NCBI GenBank assembly: GCA_947630665.1
Contig: CANRID010000009.1
Coordinates: 688-64,687 of the forward strand
Direction: 5' to 3'
DNA length: 64,000 nucleotides
From: an uncultured Bacteroidales bacterium
GTDB taxonomy: Bacteria; Bacteroidota; Bacteroidia; Bacteroidales; UBA932
Position numbers and translations under genes: made by a program. The notes below the pieces were generated by a model, which saw only the letters and a list, made by a program, of their open reading frames with translations, was not told the origin of the DNA and made no database searches. Below, piece after piece: positions 34,392 to 44,329 of this stretch; within the stretch, counting starts at the first letter, position 1; each line of letters begins with the position of its first letter.

Positions 34392-34574
34392 ATGGCACGT
34401 CCGAAACACAAACTTTCAAAACAACGCAGAAATAAACGCAGAACTCATGATAAGGCTGTTGTACCTACTCTTTCCACCTGTTCGAACTGCGGTGCTACCG
34501 TAATGTATCACCATGTTTGTCCTGAGTGCGGATATTACCGGGGCCGCCTGATTATTGAGAAAGCCAATGCGTAG
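34392..34574 (+). CDS. rpmF: 50S ribosomal protein L32
   Basis: MARPKHKLSKQRRNKRRTHDK with zinc ribbon CSNCG...CPECG. Confidence 0.95.
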   Translation: MARPKHKLSKQRRNKRRTHDKAVVPTLSTCSNCGATVMYHHVCPECGYYRGRLIIEKANA

Positions 34575-34577
34575 CCG

Positions 34578-35528
34578 ATGACCCGGATCGGCGTTGATGC
34601 GATGGGAGGAGATTACGCCCCCGAAAATGTTATTCTGGGGGCTATAGATGCTTTTTCCGCGCTGGATGCCGGAACGCAGATTTTTTTAATAGGAGATAGG
34701 ATAAGGATTACCGAAGTCTGCCGCCGATGCGGTTTCGACTCCGGTAATTTTGTAATTATACATGCCCCGGAGGTAATCCGCATGGGAGAGCATCCCGTGA
34801 CGGCATACCTGAAAAAGAAGGAGTCGAGCATTCATATAGGGTTTTCCATGCTGGCCCGCAAGGAGATAGATGCTTTTGCCAGTGCGGGAAATACCGGAGC
34901 GATGCTGGCAGGTTCCGTGCAGACGCTGGGAACTCTTCCGGGCGTATTGAGACCGTGTATTTCCGCCCAGATACCTCTGGCGGACGGAAAACGGATGCTG
35001 ATTCTGGATGTGGGGCTGAACTCGGATACGAAGGCGGATATTTTATATCAGTTCGCGATTTTGGGATCGATCTATGCCCGCACTATGATGGGGATCGCAG
35101 AGCCCCGGGTGGCTTTGCTGAATATAGGTGCGGAGGAAGAGAAGGGGAATATGGCGGTACGGGAGGCGTATAAGATCATGAGCGATTCTTCCGATCTCAA
35201 TTTCGTGGGAAATCTGGAGGCAGATGTCCTGTTCAGAGGGGGAGTGGCGGATGTGCTGGTGACGGACGGATTTGTGGGGAATATATGCCTCAAACAGGCC
35301 GAGGGAATGTATGCGTTGGTAGCGTCGCTGGGCGTGGATCATCCTTATCTGAACAGATTTAATTACGAATATTACGGCGGGACTCCGGTATTGGGCGTTT
35401 CCGCACCGGTAATAATCGGACATGGCGCCTCGACTCCGCTGGCTATCCGGTATATGATTCTGGAGGCGGCCGAAGCGGCCGGAAACGGTCTGGTGGAAAA
35501 ACTGAGAGCGGCCATGAGCAAAAATTGA
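34578..35528 (+). CDS. plsX: phosphate acyltransferase PlsX
   Basis: RIGVDAMGGDYAP N-terminus and GNTGA motif, in the canonical rpmF-plsX-fabH order. Confidence 0.94.
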   Translation: MTRIGVDAMGGDYAPENVILGAIDAFSALDAGTQIFLIGDRIRITEVCRRCGFDSGNFVIIHAPEVIRMGEHPVTAYLKKKESSIHIGFSMLARKEIDAFASAGNTGAMLAGSVQTLGTLPGVLRPCISAQIPLADGKRMLILDVGLNSDTKADILYQFAILGSIYARTMMGIAEPRVALLNIGAEEEKGNMAVREAYKIMSDSSDLNFVGNLEADVLFRGGVADVLVTDGFVGNICLKQAEGMYALVASLGVDHPYLNRFNYEYYGGTPVLGVSAPVIIGHGASTPLAIRYMILEAAEAAGNGLVEKLRAAMSKN

Positions 35529-35549
35529 TAATTTTACAATACGATAGAC

Positions 35550-36542
35550 ATGAGCGATAAAAGAGCTGTTATTACGGGAATCGAAGCTTATCTTCCCGAA
35601 TATATTTTGACGAATGACGAGCTTTCCACAATGGTGGATACTTCGGACGAGTGGATCATGAGCCGGGTGGGGATCAAGGAACGGAGAATTTTGAAGGAGG
35701 ACGGGCTCGGCACTTCCTACATGGGGGAAAAAGCGGTGAAAAAATTGCTGGAGGCTACGGGTACCCGGCCGGAGGAAGTGGATCTTTTGATTTGCGCGAC
35801 AGTCAGTCCGGACATGCTGTTTCCCGCTACGGCCAATATCATTTCAGACAAGGTGGGCATCCTCAACGCATGGGGATTCGATATGAATGCAGGTTGCTGC
35901 GGTTTTATTTACAGTTTTGAAACGGTTCGCCGGTTCGTGGAGACGGGACTGTATAAAAAAGCGGTGCTGGTTTGCGGAGAAAGGCTCTCCTGCATGACGG
36001 ATTATACGGACCGCAAGACCTGTCCTTTGTTCGGGGACGCTTCCGTAGCTCTTCTGATCGAGCCGACGGAGGACATGGAGATGGGTTTTCTGGATTCTAT
36101 GATGCATGTAGATGGCGTGGGACGGAATTATCTGTATCAGAGAGCGGGTGGTTCGCTTTATCCTCCTACGGAAGAAACGTTGCAGGAACGGCTTCATTAT
36201 ATCCATCAGGACGGGCAGACGGTATTTAAATATGCGGTTTCCCGCATGGCGGACGTATCGGCCGATATGATGGAAAAGCATCATTTGACGGCGGACGATA
36301 TCGCCTACTTGATTCCGCATCAGGCGAATCTGAGGATTATCGATGCCACGGGACGCCGGATGGGGCTTTCTCCCGATAAAATATTGATTGACATAGAAAA
36401 GTTCGGGAATACGGGCGGGACATCTATCCCGTTGGCTATCTGGGATTTCAGAGACAAGTTCAAGAAAGGGGACCTGCTGATGTTCTCTGCTTTCGGCGCC
36501 GGATTCACCTGGGGAAGCATCCTTTACCGGTGGGCGTATTGA
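35550..36542 (+). CDS. fabH: beta-ketoacyl-ACP synthase III
   Basis: Active-site region DMNAGCCGF, HQANLRII, GNTGGTSIPLA, FGAGFTWGS. Confidence 0.94.
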   Translation: MSDKRAVITGIEAYLPEYILTNDELSTMVDTSDEWIMSRVGIKERRILKEDGLGTSYMGEKAVKKLLEATGTRPEEVDLLICATVSPDMLFPATANIISDKVGILNAWGFDMNAGCCGFIYSFETVRRFVETGLYKKAVLVCGERLSCMTDYTDRKTCPLFGDASVALLIEPTEDMEMGFLDSMMHVDGVGRNYLYQRAGGSLYPPTEETLQERLHYIHQDGQTVFKYAVSRMADVSADMMEKHHLTADDIAYLIPHQANLRIIDATGRRMGLSPDKILIDIEKFGNTGGTSIPLAIWDFRDKFKKGDLLMFSAFGAGFTWGSILYRWAY

Positions 36543-36634
36543 TTCCCATTTCCATTTTATTCGTAATAATTTTGCCGGAAACCGATATTTTCGTAAATTT
36601 GCCGCCTGTCCGCCGGTAAGTATGGCAACGAAAC

Positions 36635-36706
36635 GGCCCCATAGTTCAAGGGATAGAACGGAAGTTTCCTAAACTTTAAATACAGGTTCGAGTCCTGTTG
36701 GGGCTA
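36635..36706 (+). tRNA. tRNA-Arg (anticodon CCT)
   Basis: Hand-folded: acceptor GGCCCCA/TGGGGCT, D arm GTTC...GAAC, anticodon stem GAAGT/ACTTT with loop TTCCTAA, T arm ACAGG-TTCGAGT-CCTGT. Total 72 nt. Confidence 0.88.
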
Positions 36707-36754
36707 CAAAATATTCCCGGACGATAAGACACACCGGTTTGAACTCGATTACAA

Positions 36755-36790
36755 CGTCCCCGCCAGTATTGCCGGCGGGGACGTTTTTTG
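36755..36790 (+). terminator. intrinsic terminator after tRNA-Arg(CCT)
   Basis: 10-bp perfect stem CGTCCCCGCC / GGCGGGGACG followed by TTTTTTG. Confidence 0.7.
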
Positions 36791-36802
36791 TATGACGATA
36801 CA

Positions 36803-37261
36803 TTATTTTAGACCGCTGGGTACGCGGAGATCTACTTTTTTGACGTCTCCTTTTTTCAAGGTAATGCCCGTGCTGCCTGCCGGTATTTCTTTTCCGTCTT
36901 TATTGTAGAAAACGGCAAAATAGAGGGTCGTTTGGGTATCCAGGATATTCAATCGGGTAAAATTCAAATCGAAAACGGCTATCCCGTCGTTATCGGTTAC
37001 CACCTGGGTTTTGGCCTGGGAAGAAGTTGTGGTATCCGTAACGGTCTGGTTTCTGAACATATATACGGTTTCGCCTTTAAGCGGCTTGCCGAGAGCGTTT
37101 TTAACGGTTATCTCCACTTTTGCACCCATGACGGGTGCTTTGTCGCGGTTGTTGTTATTGTTATTGTTGTCGTTAGCGTTATGGGCGCCGCTGCTGTTGC
37201 AGGAAATAAAGACAACGGAGGCTACGGTCAGGAATAAAGTTAAAATCAACATTTTTTTCAT
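36803..37261 (-). CDS. small lipoprotein with poly-Asn linker and Ig/carboxypeptidase-regulatory-like beta domain, function unknown
   Basis: Signal peptide plus lipobox (VVFISC), NANDNNNNNNNRDK linker, then a beta-rich ~110-aa domain. Confidence 0.7.
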   Translation of the reverse strand: MKKMLILTLFLTVASVVFISCNSSGAHNANDNNNNNNNRDKAPVMGAKVEITVKNALGKPLKGETVYMFRNQTVTDTTTSSQAKTQVVTDNDGIAVFDLNFTRLNILDTQTTLYFAVFYNKDGKEIPAGSTGITLKKGDVKKVDLRVPSGLK

Positions 37262-37409
37262 ACTCGATATGTTTTAATTAAACAATTGTTATACAGATAT
37301 TTTTGTAGGTTCCAATCATATTCTATTGCATTATATCAAGCGTTCCGCTATCTTAAACAAGAAAGACAATCGCTAAGTTTACCGGTTTGCAGGAAATTAT
37401 TGACTGGGA

Positions 37410-38558
37410 ATGAGTAAACTTTTTATTTACGCTCTTTGTTTTTGGCTGGTATCGTGTACCGGTGCAGGAAACCGGTGTGGAGATCAGAATCGTTGCGGGA
37501 TCATGAGCATAAAAGAACAATATTGGAAATATTCGCTGATCGTAATTATTTTGGGATTGGGTATCGTAATCTTCCGGGAATTCATTCCTTTTCTAAGCGG
37601 GATTTTAGGAGCCTTTACCATTTATGTTCTGCTCAGGGGACAAATGCGCTATCTGCTGATAAAAAAACGTTGGAAGCGTCCGTTGGCCGCCTCGCTGCTT
37701 TTGTTGGAAGCGATTCTATTGTTCTTGGTGCCGCTTGGTCTTATTACCTGGTTGATCGTAAGCGAGATACAAAATATAGATATAGATTTTCCGGCATTGA
37801 TGGAAAATGTGGAACGATGGTGCGCCGATATAGAACGAAAAGCCGGATATAATTTGCTGGATGAGGACAATCTTAATTCGATGGTCTCCGCCGTTCCGGT
37901 TATCGGGCAAAAAATAATGGGAGGGGTGACGAATCTTATTATAAACGCTTTTATTTTGTTGTTCCTGCTTTATTTTATGCTGACCGGCGGGCAGAAAATG
38001 GAGAAGTATTTCAGCGAAATTTTTCCGTTTAATAGAAAGAATACGCGGGCAATCCTTTACGAAGTGGATTTGATCGTAAAATCGAACGCTATCGGGATAC
38101 CTCTCCTGGCTATTATCCAGGGAGGCATTGCCGTACTGGGCTATTGGATGTTCGGGATATCCAATCTGGCGCTGTGGGGGATTCTGACCGCTTTCGCCAC
38201 GATTATCCCCATTATCGGAACCGGCATCGTGTGGATTCCCTTGGCTTTTTATATGGGGTTTTCCGGTCATTGGGGACATGCGGTAGGATTGACGGCCTAC
38301 TGTCTGTTGGTTGTGGGGAATGTAGATAACTTGGTGCGGTTTCTGTTACAAAAGAGGCTGGCGGATACGCATCCGCTTATTACTATTTTCGGAGTGGTTA
38401 TCGGCTTGGGTCTGTTCGGTTTTCTGGGGGTGATTTTCGGGCCGCTGCTTTTGGCCCTGTTTATCCTGTGTCTGAATATTTTCAAGAACGAGTATCTGGA
38501 ACAGAAATACATGGGCAGGTCGCTCCTGAATTCTTCCGGGGAGAGACTGTCTCAGTAG
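37410..38558 (+). CDS. AI-2E family transporter (PerM-like permease)
   Basis: Multi-TM protein with the family-typical central and C-terminal segments (ILTAFATIIPIIGTGIVWIP, HPLITIFGVVIGLGLFGFLGVIFGP). An alternative start is at ATG 37503 (MSIKEQYW). Confidence 0.82.
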   Translation: MSKLFIYALCFWLVSCTGAGNRCGDQNRCGIMSIKEQYWKYSLIVIILGLGIVIFREFIPFLSGILGAFTIYVLLRGQMRYLLIKKRWKRPLAASLLLLEAILLFLVPLGLITWLIVSEIQNIDIDFPALMENVERWCADIERKAGYNLLDEDNLNSMVSAVPVIGQKIMGGVTNLIINAFILLFLLYFMLTGGQKMEKYFSEIFPFNRKNTRAILYEVDLIVKSNAIGIPLLAIIQGGIAVLGYWMFGISNLALWGILTAFATIIPIIGTGIVWIPLAFYMGFSGHWGHAVGLTAYCLLVVGNVDNLVRFLLQKRLADTHPLITIFGVVIGLGLFGFLGVIFGPLLLALFILCLNIFKNEYLEQKYMGRSLLNSSGERLSQ

Positions 38559-38625
38559 AACGGTTTGCCATGGGGAATCCGCTTGCTGTCGGGAATCCGC
38601 AGTTTGGATTTTTTGAGATATATCC

Positions 38626-38633
38626 TACCTTTG
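38626..38633 (+). promoter_or_regulatory. -7 promoter box (TACCTTTG) for the glycosyltransferase gene
   Basis: Exact TAnnTTTG match, ending only 5 nt before the ATG at 38639. Confidence 0.5.
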
Positions 38634-38638
38634 TAAAA

Positions 38639-39937
38639 ATGGCGAAAAGGATTCTACATATACTGGGCAGCCTGTCTATCGGAGGGGCGGAAAATTTAGT
38701 GCTGGATATGCTCAGGCATAACGGCGGAAAACAGGCCGGAGAACGGATGGCGGAGTATCATGTGATATATACGCAACCTTCCCCCGATTCCAGAATAGAA
38801 GATTTCCGCTCGACGGGAGCGCAGGTAATCATGTATGGCTGCGGAAAAGGGGCCGGACGCACATTTTCTTTTATACGGGCCGTGCGCGGATATATAAAGC
38901 GTCAGGGGATCGAACTTATCCATTGTCATAATAATACCGATGCGTATTGGGCTTGTCTCGCTTCCCGGGGAATGAAAATACCGATCGTATTGACCGTTCA
39001 CGGGTTCAACCTCGATTTGAATTTTCTGGCCCGGAAATTCAGATTCGGTTTGCCGCTTTTTCCCGGGAAAGGAATCCGTTATCCCGACAATCGGATTCTT
39101 AGGAAGATGCATCCCGTTTTTGTCAGCCGGCAGACTAAAAACTATTATATAGAGACTTGCTGCCCTTCCGTTTCGGGGAAAAACGGAGAGCGGATGAGGA
39201 ATTTTCTGGAGAAAGCGCCGGTTATCTACAACGGAATAGATACTGCCAGATTTATTGGGGCGGATCCGTTAGAGAGAAAAGATTTGCTGCCTCCCGGAGC
39301 AAGAGAACTCCGGAGGGAAGAGGCTTTGCGGGTTTTTGTCATGGCGGGAAGTTTTAATTCCCTGGCACGCCACAGGCAACTCGGCCGCAGGCAGCTTATT
39401 ATATGCGAGGCGATCAGCTTGCTGAAAGAAAGAAACGGGTCTCTTCCATTTGTCTTTCTGTTTATCGGGGAGCCGAACAGCGGTTATCCCGGGCATTATG
39501 ATCCGGAGAACGATGAATATGCCGCATGTCGGGAATTTTGTCGGGAAAGGAAATTGGAAAATGATATTTTTTTCCTCCCTCCCCGGTCGGATATTCCGCG
39601 GGTATTGCAGACGGCAGACGGTTATATATATGCCTCGGAACATGATACTTTCGGGCTGTCTGTAATAGAAGCGGTTGTAGCGGGGATTCCCGTTATCTGC
39701 TCCGATATTCCCACTTTCAGGGAGGTGGCTTTAGACGGGGAGCTGGTTACGTTGGTGAAAAATGTTCCGGAAGATTTCGCCCGGGCGATTTCCCGGATGT
39801 TGCGGGAGTTGCCTGAAAACGGGGCCCAGGAGAATGCCGCATCCCGGAAACTGAAAGAGCGCAGGGACAAAGCCGTAGAATTGTATTCCATCGAGGGCTG
39901 CATTGCCGATTACCGGAGGCTGTATGATCGTCTCTGA
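38639..39937 (+). CDS. family-4-type glycosyltransferase
   Basis: MAKRILHILGSLSIGGAENLV N-terminus and the C-terminal E...FGLSVIEAVVAGIPVI (EX7E region). The track ORF from 38468 overlaps the upstream gene and contains the promoter. Confidence 0.82.
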   Translation: MAKRILHILGSLSIGGAENLVLDMLRHNGGKQAGERMAEYHVIYTQPSPDSRIEDFRSTGAQVIMYGCGKGAGRTFSFIRAVRGYIKRQGIELIHCHNNTDAYWACLASRGMKIPIVLTVHGFNLDLNFLARKFRFGLPLFPGKGIRYPDNRILRKMHPVFVSRQTKNYYIETCCPSVSGKNGERMRNFLEKAPVIYNGIDTARFIGADPLERKDLLPPGARELRREEALRVFVMAGSFNSLARHRQLGRRQLIICEAISLLKERNGSLPFVFLFIGEPNSGYPGHYDPENDEYAACREFCRERKLENDIFFLPPRSDIPRVLQTADGYIYASEHDTFGLSVIEAVVAGIPVICSDIPTFREVALDGELVTLVKNVPEDFARAISRMLRELPENGAQENAASRKLKERRDKAVELYSIEGCIADYRRLYDRL

Positions 39938-39978
39938 TGTCGGGTTACCTGATCGTCCGGCTATCCGGCCGTCGGGAA

Positions 39979-41679
39979 CTACCGGTCTTTTTTTACCAAG
40001 CTCGTTTTTATCTTTTTCCCCCGGTATTCCGAACCGTCGGTTTGCTGCGCTACATATTCGGCAGCCCTTTCCGAGATCTGGATATAGCTGGCCTCTTTTC
40101 GTATCTCGATCCGTCCGATACCTTTCCTGCCTACGCCTAAGGCTGACATCATCCGGAGCAAGCGGCGGGGAGTGAGGTCATTGGCGGAGCCTATGGTCAT
40201 TTTTATCCATACTAATCCTTTTTCTTCCCGTCCCGACGGGGATTCCTTCGCTCTTTTTCTCTCTTTCCCGCGACCGGTTTTTTCTTTTCCGGATTCTTTG
40301 ATCATGCCGTTTTTGGCGTTTCCCTCCTTTTTGTCTTCCCTTTTTCCCGTCTGCACCATGTTCAGATCCGGTGCATCCCGGTAATAATCCAAGAAACGGT
40401 TGAATTCCATAGACATGAATTTCCGGATAATGTCTTCGCGTCCCAGCGGTTGCCAGCGCTCGTTGATAAGAGGCATGTATTGTTCTATTTCCGGATTTAC
40501 CTGAACATTGTCTATCTGGTCTATCAGCGAGAGCAATTGTTTGGCGCAAACTTCTTTGCCGGTAGGGATTTTCGCTTTTGCGAAGGTTTTGCCTATGACT
40601 TTCTCTATTCGTTTGATCTTGTACTGCTCTTTGCTGTTGATCAGCACTATGGATTGGCCGGACTTGTCCGCCCTGCCGGTTCTGCCGCTGCGGTGGGTGT
40701 ATTGTTCCGCCTCGTCGGGCAGATTATAATTGATTACATGAGTAAGATTGTTCACATCGATTCCGCGTGCGGCTACATCGGTCGCTACCAAAAGCTGGAG
40801 ATTCTTGTTTTTGAAGCGGCCCATTACCTGATCCCTTTGTTGCTGGGACAAATCTCCGTGGAGCGCATCCGCATCGTAACCGTCGCGGATAAGCGCATCG
40901 GCTATATCCTGGGTCTCTTTGCGGGTCCGGCAGAAAATGATTCCATATATATCCGGGAAATAATCCGTGATCCGCTTGAGCGCGGTGTAACGGTCTTTTT
41001 CGTGTATGACAAAATAGTAATGCTTTACATTGTCCGAGCCTGCGTTCCGTGTTCCTACGGTTACGAGTTCGGCATTTTTCATATAATTTTTGGCTATTTT
41101 TTCCACCTCTATCGGGAGGGTGGCGGAAAAAAGGAGGACTCTTTTCTCTTCGGGAGTATTTTCTAAAATAGCATCCAGTTCTTCCTTGAAGCCCATGTTG
41201 AGCATTTCATCCGCTTCATCTAACACTAAAGTGCGGATCCGGGAAATTTGGGTTGCGCCTCTTTTAAGCAAATCCAGCATCCGGCCCGGAGTCGCTACTA
41301 TTATTTGCGGATTTTTCTGCAGGAGTTTGATCTGCTGTTCGATACCGGCCCCGCCATACACCGATACGATATTGAGATTCTCTATATATCGGGCGTAATT
41401 TTTCAAATCCTGGGCGATCTGCCTGCAAAGTTCCCGGGTAGGGCAGAGGACCAGTACCTGGACGTAAGGGCATTCGGGTTCGATTTTTTCGAGTACGGGC
41501 AATCCGAAGGCGGCTGTTTTTCCGGTTCCGGTTTGCGCTAAGCATACGATATCTTGCGTGTCATTTAAAAGCGTAGGGATAATCCGTTGTTGAACGGCCG
41601 TTGGCCTTTCATAGCCTAATTCTGTTATTGCCTTGATTATTTTGCTGTTAAGATTCAGCTCCTGAAACGTATCTGTCAT
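39979..41679 (-). CDS. DEAD-box ATP-dependent RNA helicase (DeaD/CsdA-like with C-terminal RNA-binding extension)
   Basis: Q motif, AQTGTGKTAAF, DEAD (VLDEADEM), SAT, HRSGRTGRA. The C-terminus has a basic region plus a DbpA-like domain. Confidence 0.92.
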   Translation of the reverse strand: MTDTFQELNLNSKIIKAITELGYERPTAVQQRIIPTLLNDTQDIVCLAQTGTGKTAAFGLPVLEKIEPECPYVQVLVLCPTRELCRQIAQDLKNYARYIENLNIVSVYGGAGIEQQIKLLQKNPQIIVATPGRMLDLLKRGATQISRIRTLVLDEADEMLNMGFKEELDAILENTPEEKRVLLFSATLPIEVEKIAKNYMKNAELVTVGTRNAGSDNVKHYYFVIHEKDRYTALKRITDYFPDIYGIIFCRTRKETQDIADALIRDGYDADALHGDLSQQQRDQVMGRFKNKNLQLLVATDVAARGIDVNNLTHVINYNLPDEAEQYTHRSGRTGRADKSGQSIVLINSKEQYKIKRIEKVIGKTFAKAKIPTGKEVCAKQLLSLIDQIDNVQVNPEIEQYMPLINERWQPLGREDIIRKFMSMEFNRFLDYYRDAPDLNMVQTGKREDKKEGNAKNGMIKESGKEKTGRGKERKRAKESPSGREEKGLVWIKMTIGSANDLTPRRLLRMMSALGVGRKGIGRIEIRKEASYIQISERAAEYVAQQTDGSEYRGKKIKTSLVKKDR

Positions 41680-41909
41680 TAATTCTTGAAATTGGGCCGC
41701 TAAGATACGCTTTTTCTTCCAATCCGTCCGTTTTTTCCGGTTTTCGTTCTCTGTTTTTTCAATTCTTTCAGGTGCCTGTAAAGCATTTGGCAGAGGTTTG
41801 CGGCAAATATAAAAGAGGAAGAAGAAGCGGCAGATTAAAAATCGGATATTTTTTCATAAGATTGCAGAAATTTATCTAATTTTAAAAATTAACACTCAAT
41901 TTTTGAATA

Positions 41910-43124
41910 ATGGAGGTAAAAAACATAGGTATTTTCGGAAGAAGGAATGTGGGGAAAAGTTCCCTTGTCAATTTGCTTTTGGGTCAGGACTATGCCATCG
42001 TGTCGCCGGAAGCGGGGACTACGACCGATCCGGTTAAAAAAAGGATGGAGATTCCGGGGGCGGGACCATGCAATCTGATCGATACGGCGGGTATAGACGA
42101 TACGGGAGAAACGGGAAGCAAGCGGGTGAAGAAAAGCAAGATGATCATGGAGCAGATCGATCTGGCGCTTTTGCTGTTTGCGGGAAATTGCTTCGGTCGG
42201 GAAGAAAAAGAGTTGCTGAAAGAATTTAAAAAGAAGGATATTCCGGTAATATCGGTTCATAACCAGTCGGATATAATAGGACTCGATCCCGGATTGGCGG
42301 AAGAGCTAAGGAAAAAGAGCGGAACGGATGTGCTGGAATTTTCTTGCTGTCTGATAGATGAAAATGTGCAGCGGAAGAAAACCGGAGAGTTGTTGGAGTT
42401 GATCGTAAAAAACCTGTCGGGAAGCAAGGAAAGGACGATTTTAGAGGGGTTGGTGGAGGAAAAAGATAATATAGTGCTGGTATGTCCGGTGGATTCGGAA
42501 GCTCCGCACGGACGTCTGATATTGCCCCAGGTAATGGCTATCCGGGATATATTGGATCATAACGCGACGGCGACCGTACTGCAGCCTTCGGAATTGGAGG
42601 ATTATTTAAAAAAGGGAGTGCCTGTAAAATTGGTGGTAACAGACAGTCAGGTTTTCAAGGAAGTAGGGGAAATAGTGCCTGCCGATATTCCTCTTACGAG
42701 TTTCAGCATTTTATTGTCGAGGGCGAAAGGCCCGTTCCGGGAGTATATCCGGGGAGCGGAGAAGATGGAGAAGCTGGAAGACGGGGATACGGTGTTGATA
42801 TTGGAATCGTGTACTCATCATGCGACTTGCCAGGATATCGGCCGAATAAAGATTCCCCGGCTGATAGAGAAGCACACGGGCAAAAAACTGCATTTTGAGT
42901 TCATATCCGGTTTGGACGAGATTCCTTTTCCGGTGCGCCCGGAAGGGAAAAAAAGTTATGCGCTGGCCGTGCAGTGCGGCGGATGTATGGTTACCCGTAA
43001 GCAATTGGAAAACCGCATCCGGATTTTAAGGGAGAAAGGAATTCCGGTTACCAATTACGGAATGGCCATTGCCTTGGCAACGGGGATTTTCCGGCGGGCT
43101 GTCGGAATTTTCAATGAGATTTAG
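41910..43124 (+). CDS. hydF: [FeFe]-hydrogenase maturation GTPase HydF
   Basis: N-terminal GTPase (GRRNVGKSSLVN, DTAG) and C-terminal cluster-binding cysteines (ESCTHH...CGGCM). Confidence 0.85.
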   Translation: MEVKNIGIFGRRNVGKSSLVNLLLGQDYAIVSPEAGTTTDPVKKRMEIPGAGPCNLIDTAGIDDTGETGSKRVKKSKMIMEQIDLALLLFAGNCFGREEKELLKEFKKKDIPVISVHNQSDIIGLDPGLAEELRKKSGTDVLEFSCCLIDENVQRKKTGELLELIVKNLSGSKERTILEGLVEEKDNIVLVCPVDSEAPHGRLILPQVMAIRDILDHNATATVLQPSELEDYLKKGVPVKLVVTDSQVFKEVGEIVPADIPLTSFSILLSRAKGPFREYIRGAEKMEKLEDGDTVLILESCTHHATCQDIGRIKIPRLIEKHTGKKLHFEFISGLDEIPFPVRPEGKKSYALAVQCGGCMVTRKQLENRIRILREKGIPVTNYGMAIALATGIFRRAVGIFNEI

Positions 43125-43126
43125 AA

Positions 43127-44227
43127 ATGGAATTTCGGGATTTTAACGATGCCCGGACGCTGGCCCGATGGCTGGAGGAACGGGATGAAAATAAATTGGA
43201 TGCTTTGTTCAAAAGCGCCTTAGAAGTAAAAAGACGGTTCCGGGGGGAGGGGATTTATTTGCGCGGGCTGATAGAGATTTCCAATATTTGCCGCAAGAAC
43301 TGCCTGTATTGCGGAATCCGCAGCGGCAATCGGAACGTGGAAAGATATGAACTGACGGATGAGCAGGTGTTGGAGGAGGCGCGTTTTTCCTTGGAGGCCG
43401 GTTACGGTTCTGTAGTATTGCAGGGTGGAGAGCGTTCAGACGGCGTTTTTACGGAACGGATTTCCCGTTTGGTATATAAGATAAAGAAACTGGATGCCGG
43501 CGGTGGTCGCGGGTTGGGAATCACCCTTTCCTTGGGAGAGCAGTCCCGGGAGGTGTACCGGGAATGGTTCCGGGCCGGCGCGCATCGCTATCTGCTCCGT
43601 ATAGAGTCTTCGGACCGCCGGTTATACGAGTCCATTCATCCGTCGGGACCTTTGCATGGATATGATAATCGGATAAAGGCGCTTGAAGATCTCAAATCGG
43701 AGGGATATATAATGGGTACCGGGGTAATGATAGGGCTGCCGGGGCAGACAGTGGAGCATTTGGCGGGAGATCTGTTGTTTTTCAAAAAGATAGGAGCTGC
43801 AATGGTGGGGATGGGACCTTATATTCCGCATCCGGATACCCCTATGGGAGCTTCCGGTGTCCGTTTATGTCCCGACAGTTCTGCGGACGCCGGGAAGTTG
43901 CTTCTTTCTCTGAAAATGGTGGCTTTATTGCGTCATTTGCTCCCCGGGGCCAATATCGCGGCTACGACGGCTTTGCAGGTATTGGCTCCCGATGGAAGGG
44001 AAAGAGCGTTATTGGCGGGAGCGAATGTGGTAATGCCCAATATGACTGATGTATCCGTGCGGAAGAATTATCAGCTGTATTCCGGCAAATCGGGGTTGGA
44101 AGATACGGCGCAGGATACCAAAGATAAATTGGTGCAGAATCTCGACAGACTGGGAATCCGGGTGGAGTGGAACGAATGGGGAGATCCCGGAAAGCAGATG
44201 CCGGATTGCATCTTAGGTAATAGGTAA
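43127..44227 (+). CDS. hydE: [FeFe]-hydrogenase maturase HydE (radical SAM)
   Basis: CRKNCLYCGIR radical-SAM motif, biotin-synthase-like size (366 aa), and it starts 3 nt after hydF ends. Confidence 0.8.
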   Translation: MEFRDFNDARTLARWLEERDENKLDALFKSALEVKRRFRGEGIYLRGLIEISNICRKNCLYCGIRSGNRNVERYELTDEQVLEEARFSLEAGYGSVVLQGGERSDGVFTERISRLVYKIKKLDAGGGRGLGITLSLGEQSREVYREWFRAGAHRYLLRIESSDRRLYESIHPSGPLHGYDNRIKALEDLKSEGYIMGTGVMIGLPGQTVEHLAGDLLFFKKIGAAMVGMGPYIPHPDTPMGASGVRLCPDSSADAGKLLLSLKMVALLRHLLPGANIAATTALQVLAPDGRERALLAGANVVMPNMTDVSVRKNYQLYSGKSGLEDTAQDTKDKLVQNLDRLGIRVEWNEWGDPGKQMPDCILGNR

Positions 44228-44329
44228 TAATAGTGAAAGATTCCGGATTCTAATACTTTTTTATCCGGCCTATAATAAAAAATTTAAAAAATGAAATGAA
44301 TTTAAAAATTTTATTTGCAAAATTTTTTT

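Noticed and set aside
38468-38638. N-terminal 57-codon extension of the glycosyltransferase ORF, overlapping the end of the AI-2E transporter gene.
   Set aside because: A perfect -7 promoter box lies inside the extension at 38626-38633. The conserved GT4 N-terminus (MAKRILHILGS) starts at the ATG at 38639.
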